In this document: positions 63,961-64,000 of the stretch, piece by piece
How the letters are laid out: each line of letters starts with the position of its first letter
Numbering within the stretch: the first letter of the stretch is position 1
Origin: Eledone cirrhosa
Taxonomy: Eukaryota
Reading direction: 5' to 3'
Assembly (NCBI GenBank): GCA_964016885.1
Contig: OZ024741.1
Span: 411,866,001-411,930,000 of the forward strand
DNA: 64,000 nucleotides
The notes under the pieces: model-generated
The model's input: the letters and a program-made list of their open reading frames with translations, nothing else
Database searches by the model: none
What the model was told of the DNA's origin: nothing
Translations under genes and position numbers: made by a program

Positions 63961-64000
63961 CAACATGGCTAAAAAAGGATTTTCCTGTTCAGGGAGCAGT

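Overview
This is a repeat-saturated eukaryotic window with no host protein-coding exon I can support. The (TA)n tracts, tRNA-derived SINEs and RTE/Penelope content suggest an octopod cephalopod, but that is inference. It contains a near full-length, decayed L1/Tx1-clade LINE (609-6515), several RTE LINEs, CR1-group LINEs, an R4/Dong-like fragment and five Penelope-like (RT/GIY-YIG) fragments. It also has a DD37D (maT) transposon, two non-autonomous Helitrons, MITEs, SINEs and long microsatellites. The main hidden layer is non-coding: about 15 type I hammerhead ribozyme (HHR) motifs read by eye, mostly in short (TA)n-flanked cassettes and often arranged as fold-backs or perfect palindromes. They include a ~320-nt retrozyme-like unit with a compensatory U3-A8 core and an extended stem I (33190-33938), a family with a CCGANGA core, and several HHRs with large structured inserts in loop II. 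All RNA structures were paired manually and none was tested computationally or experimentally.
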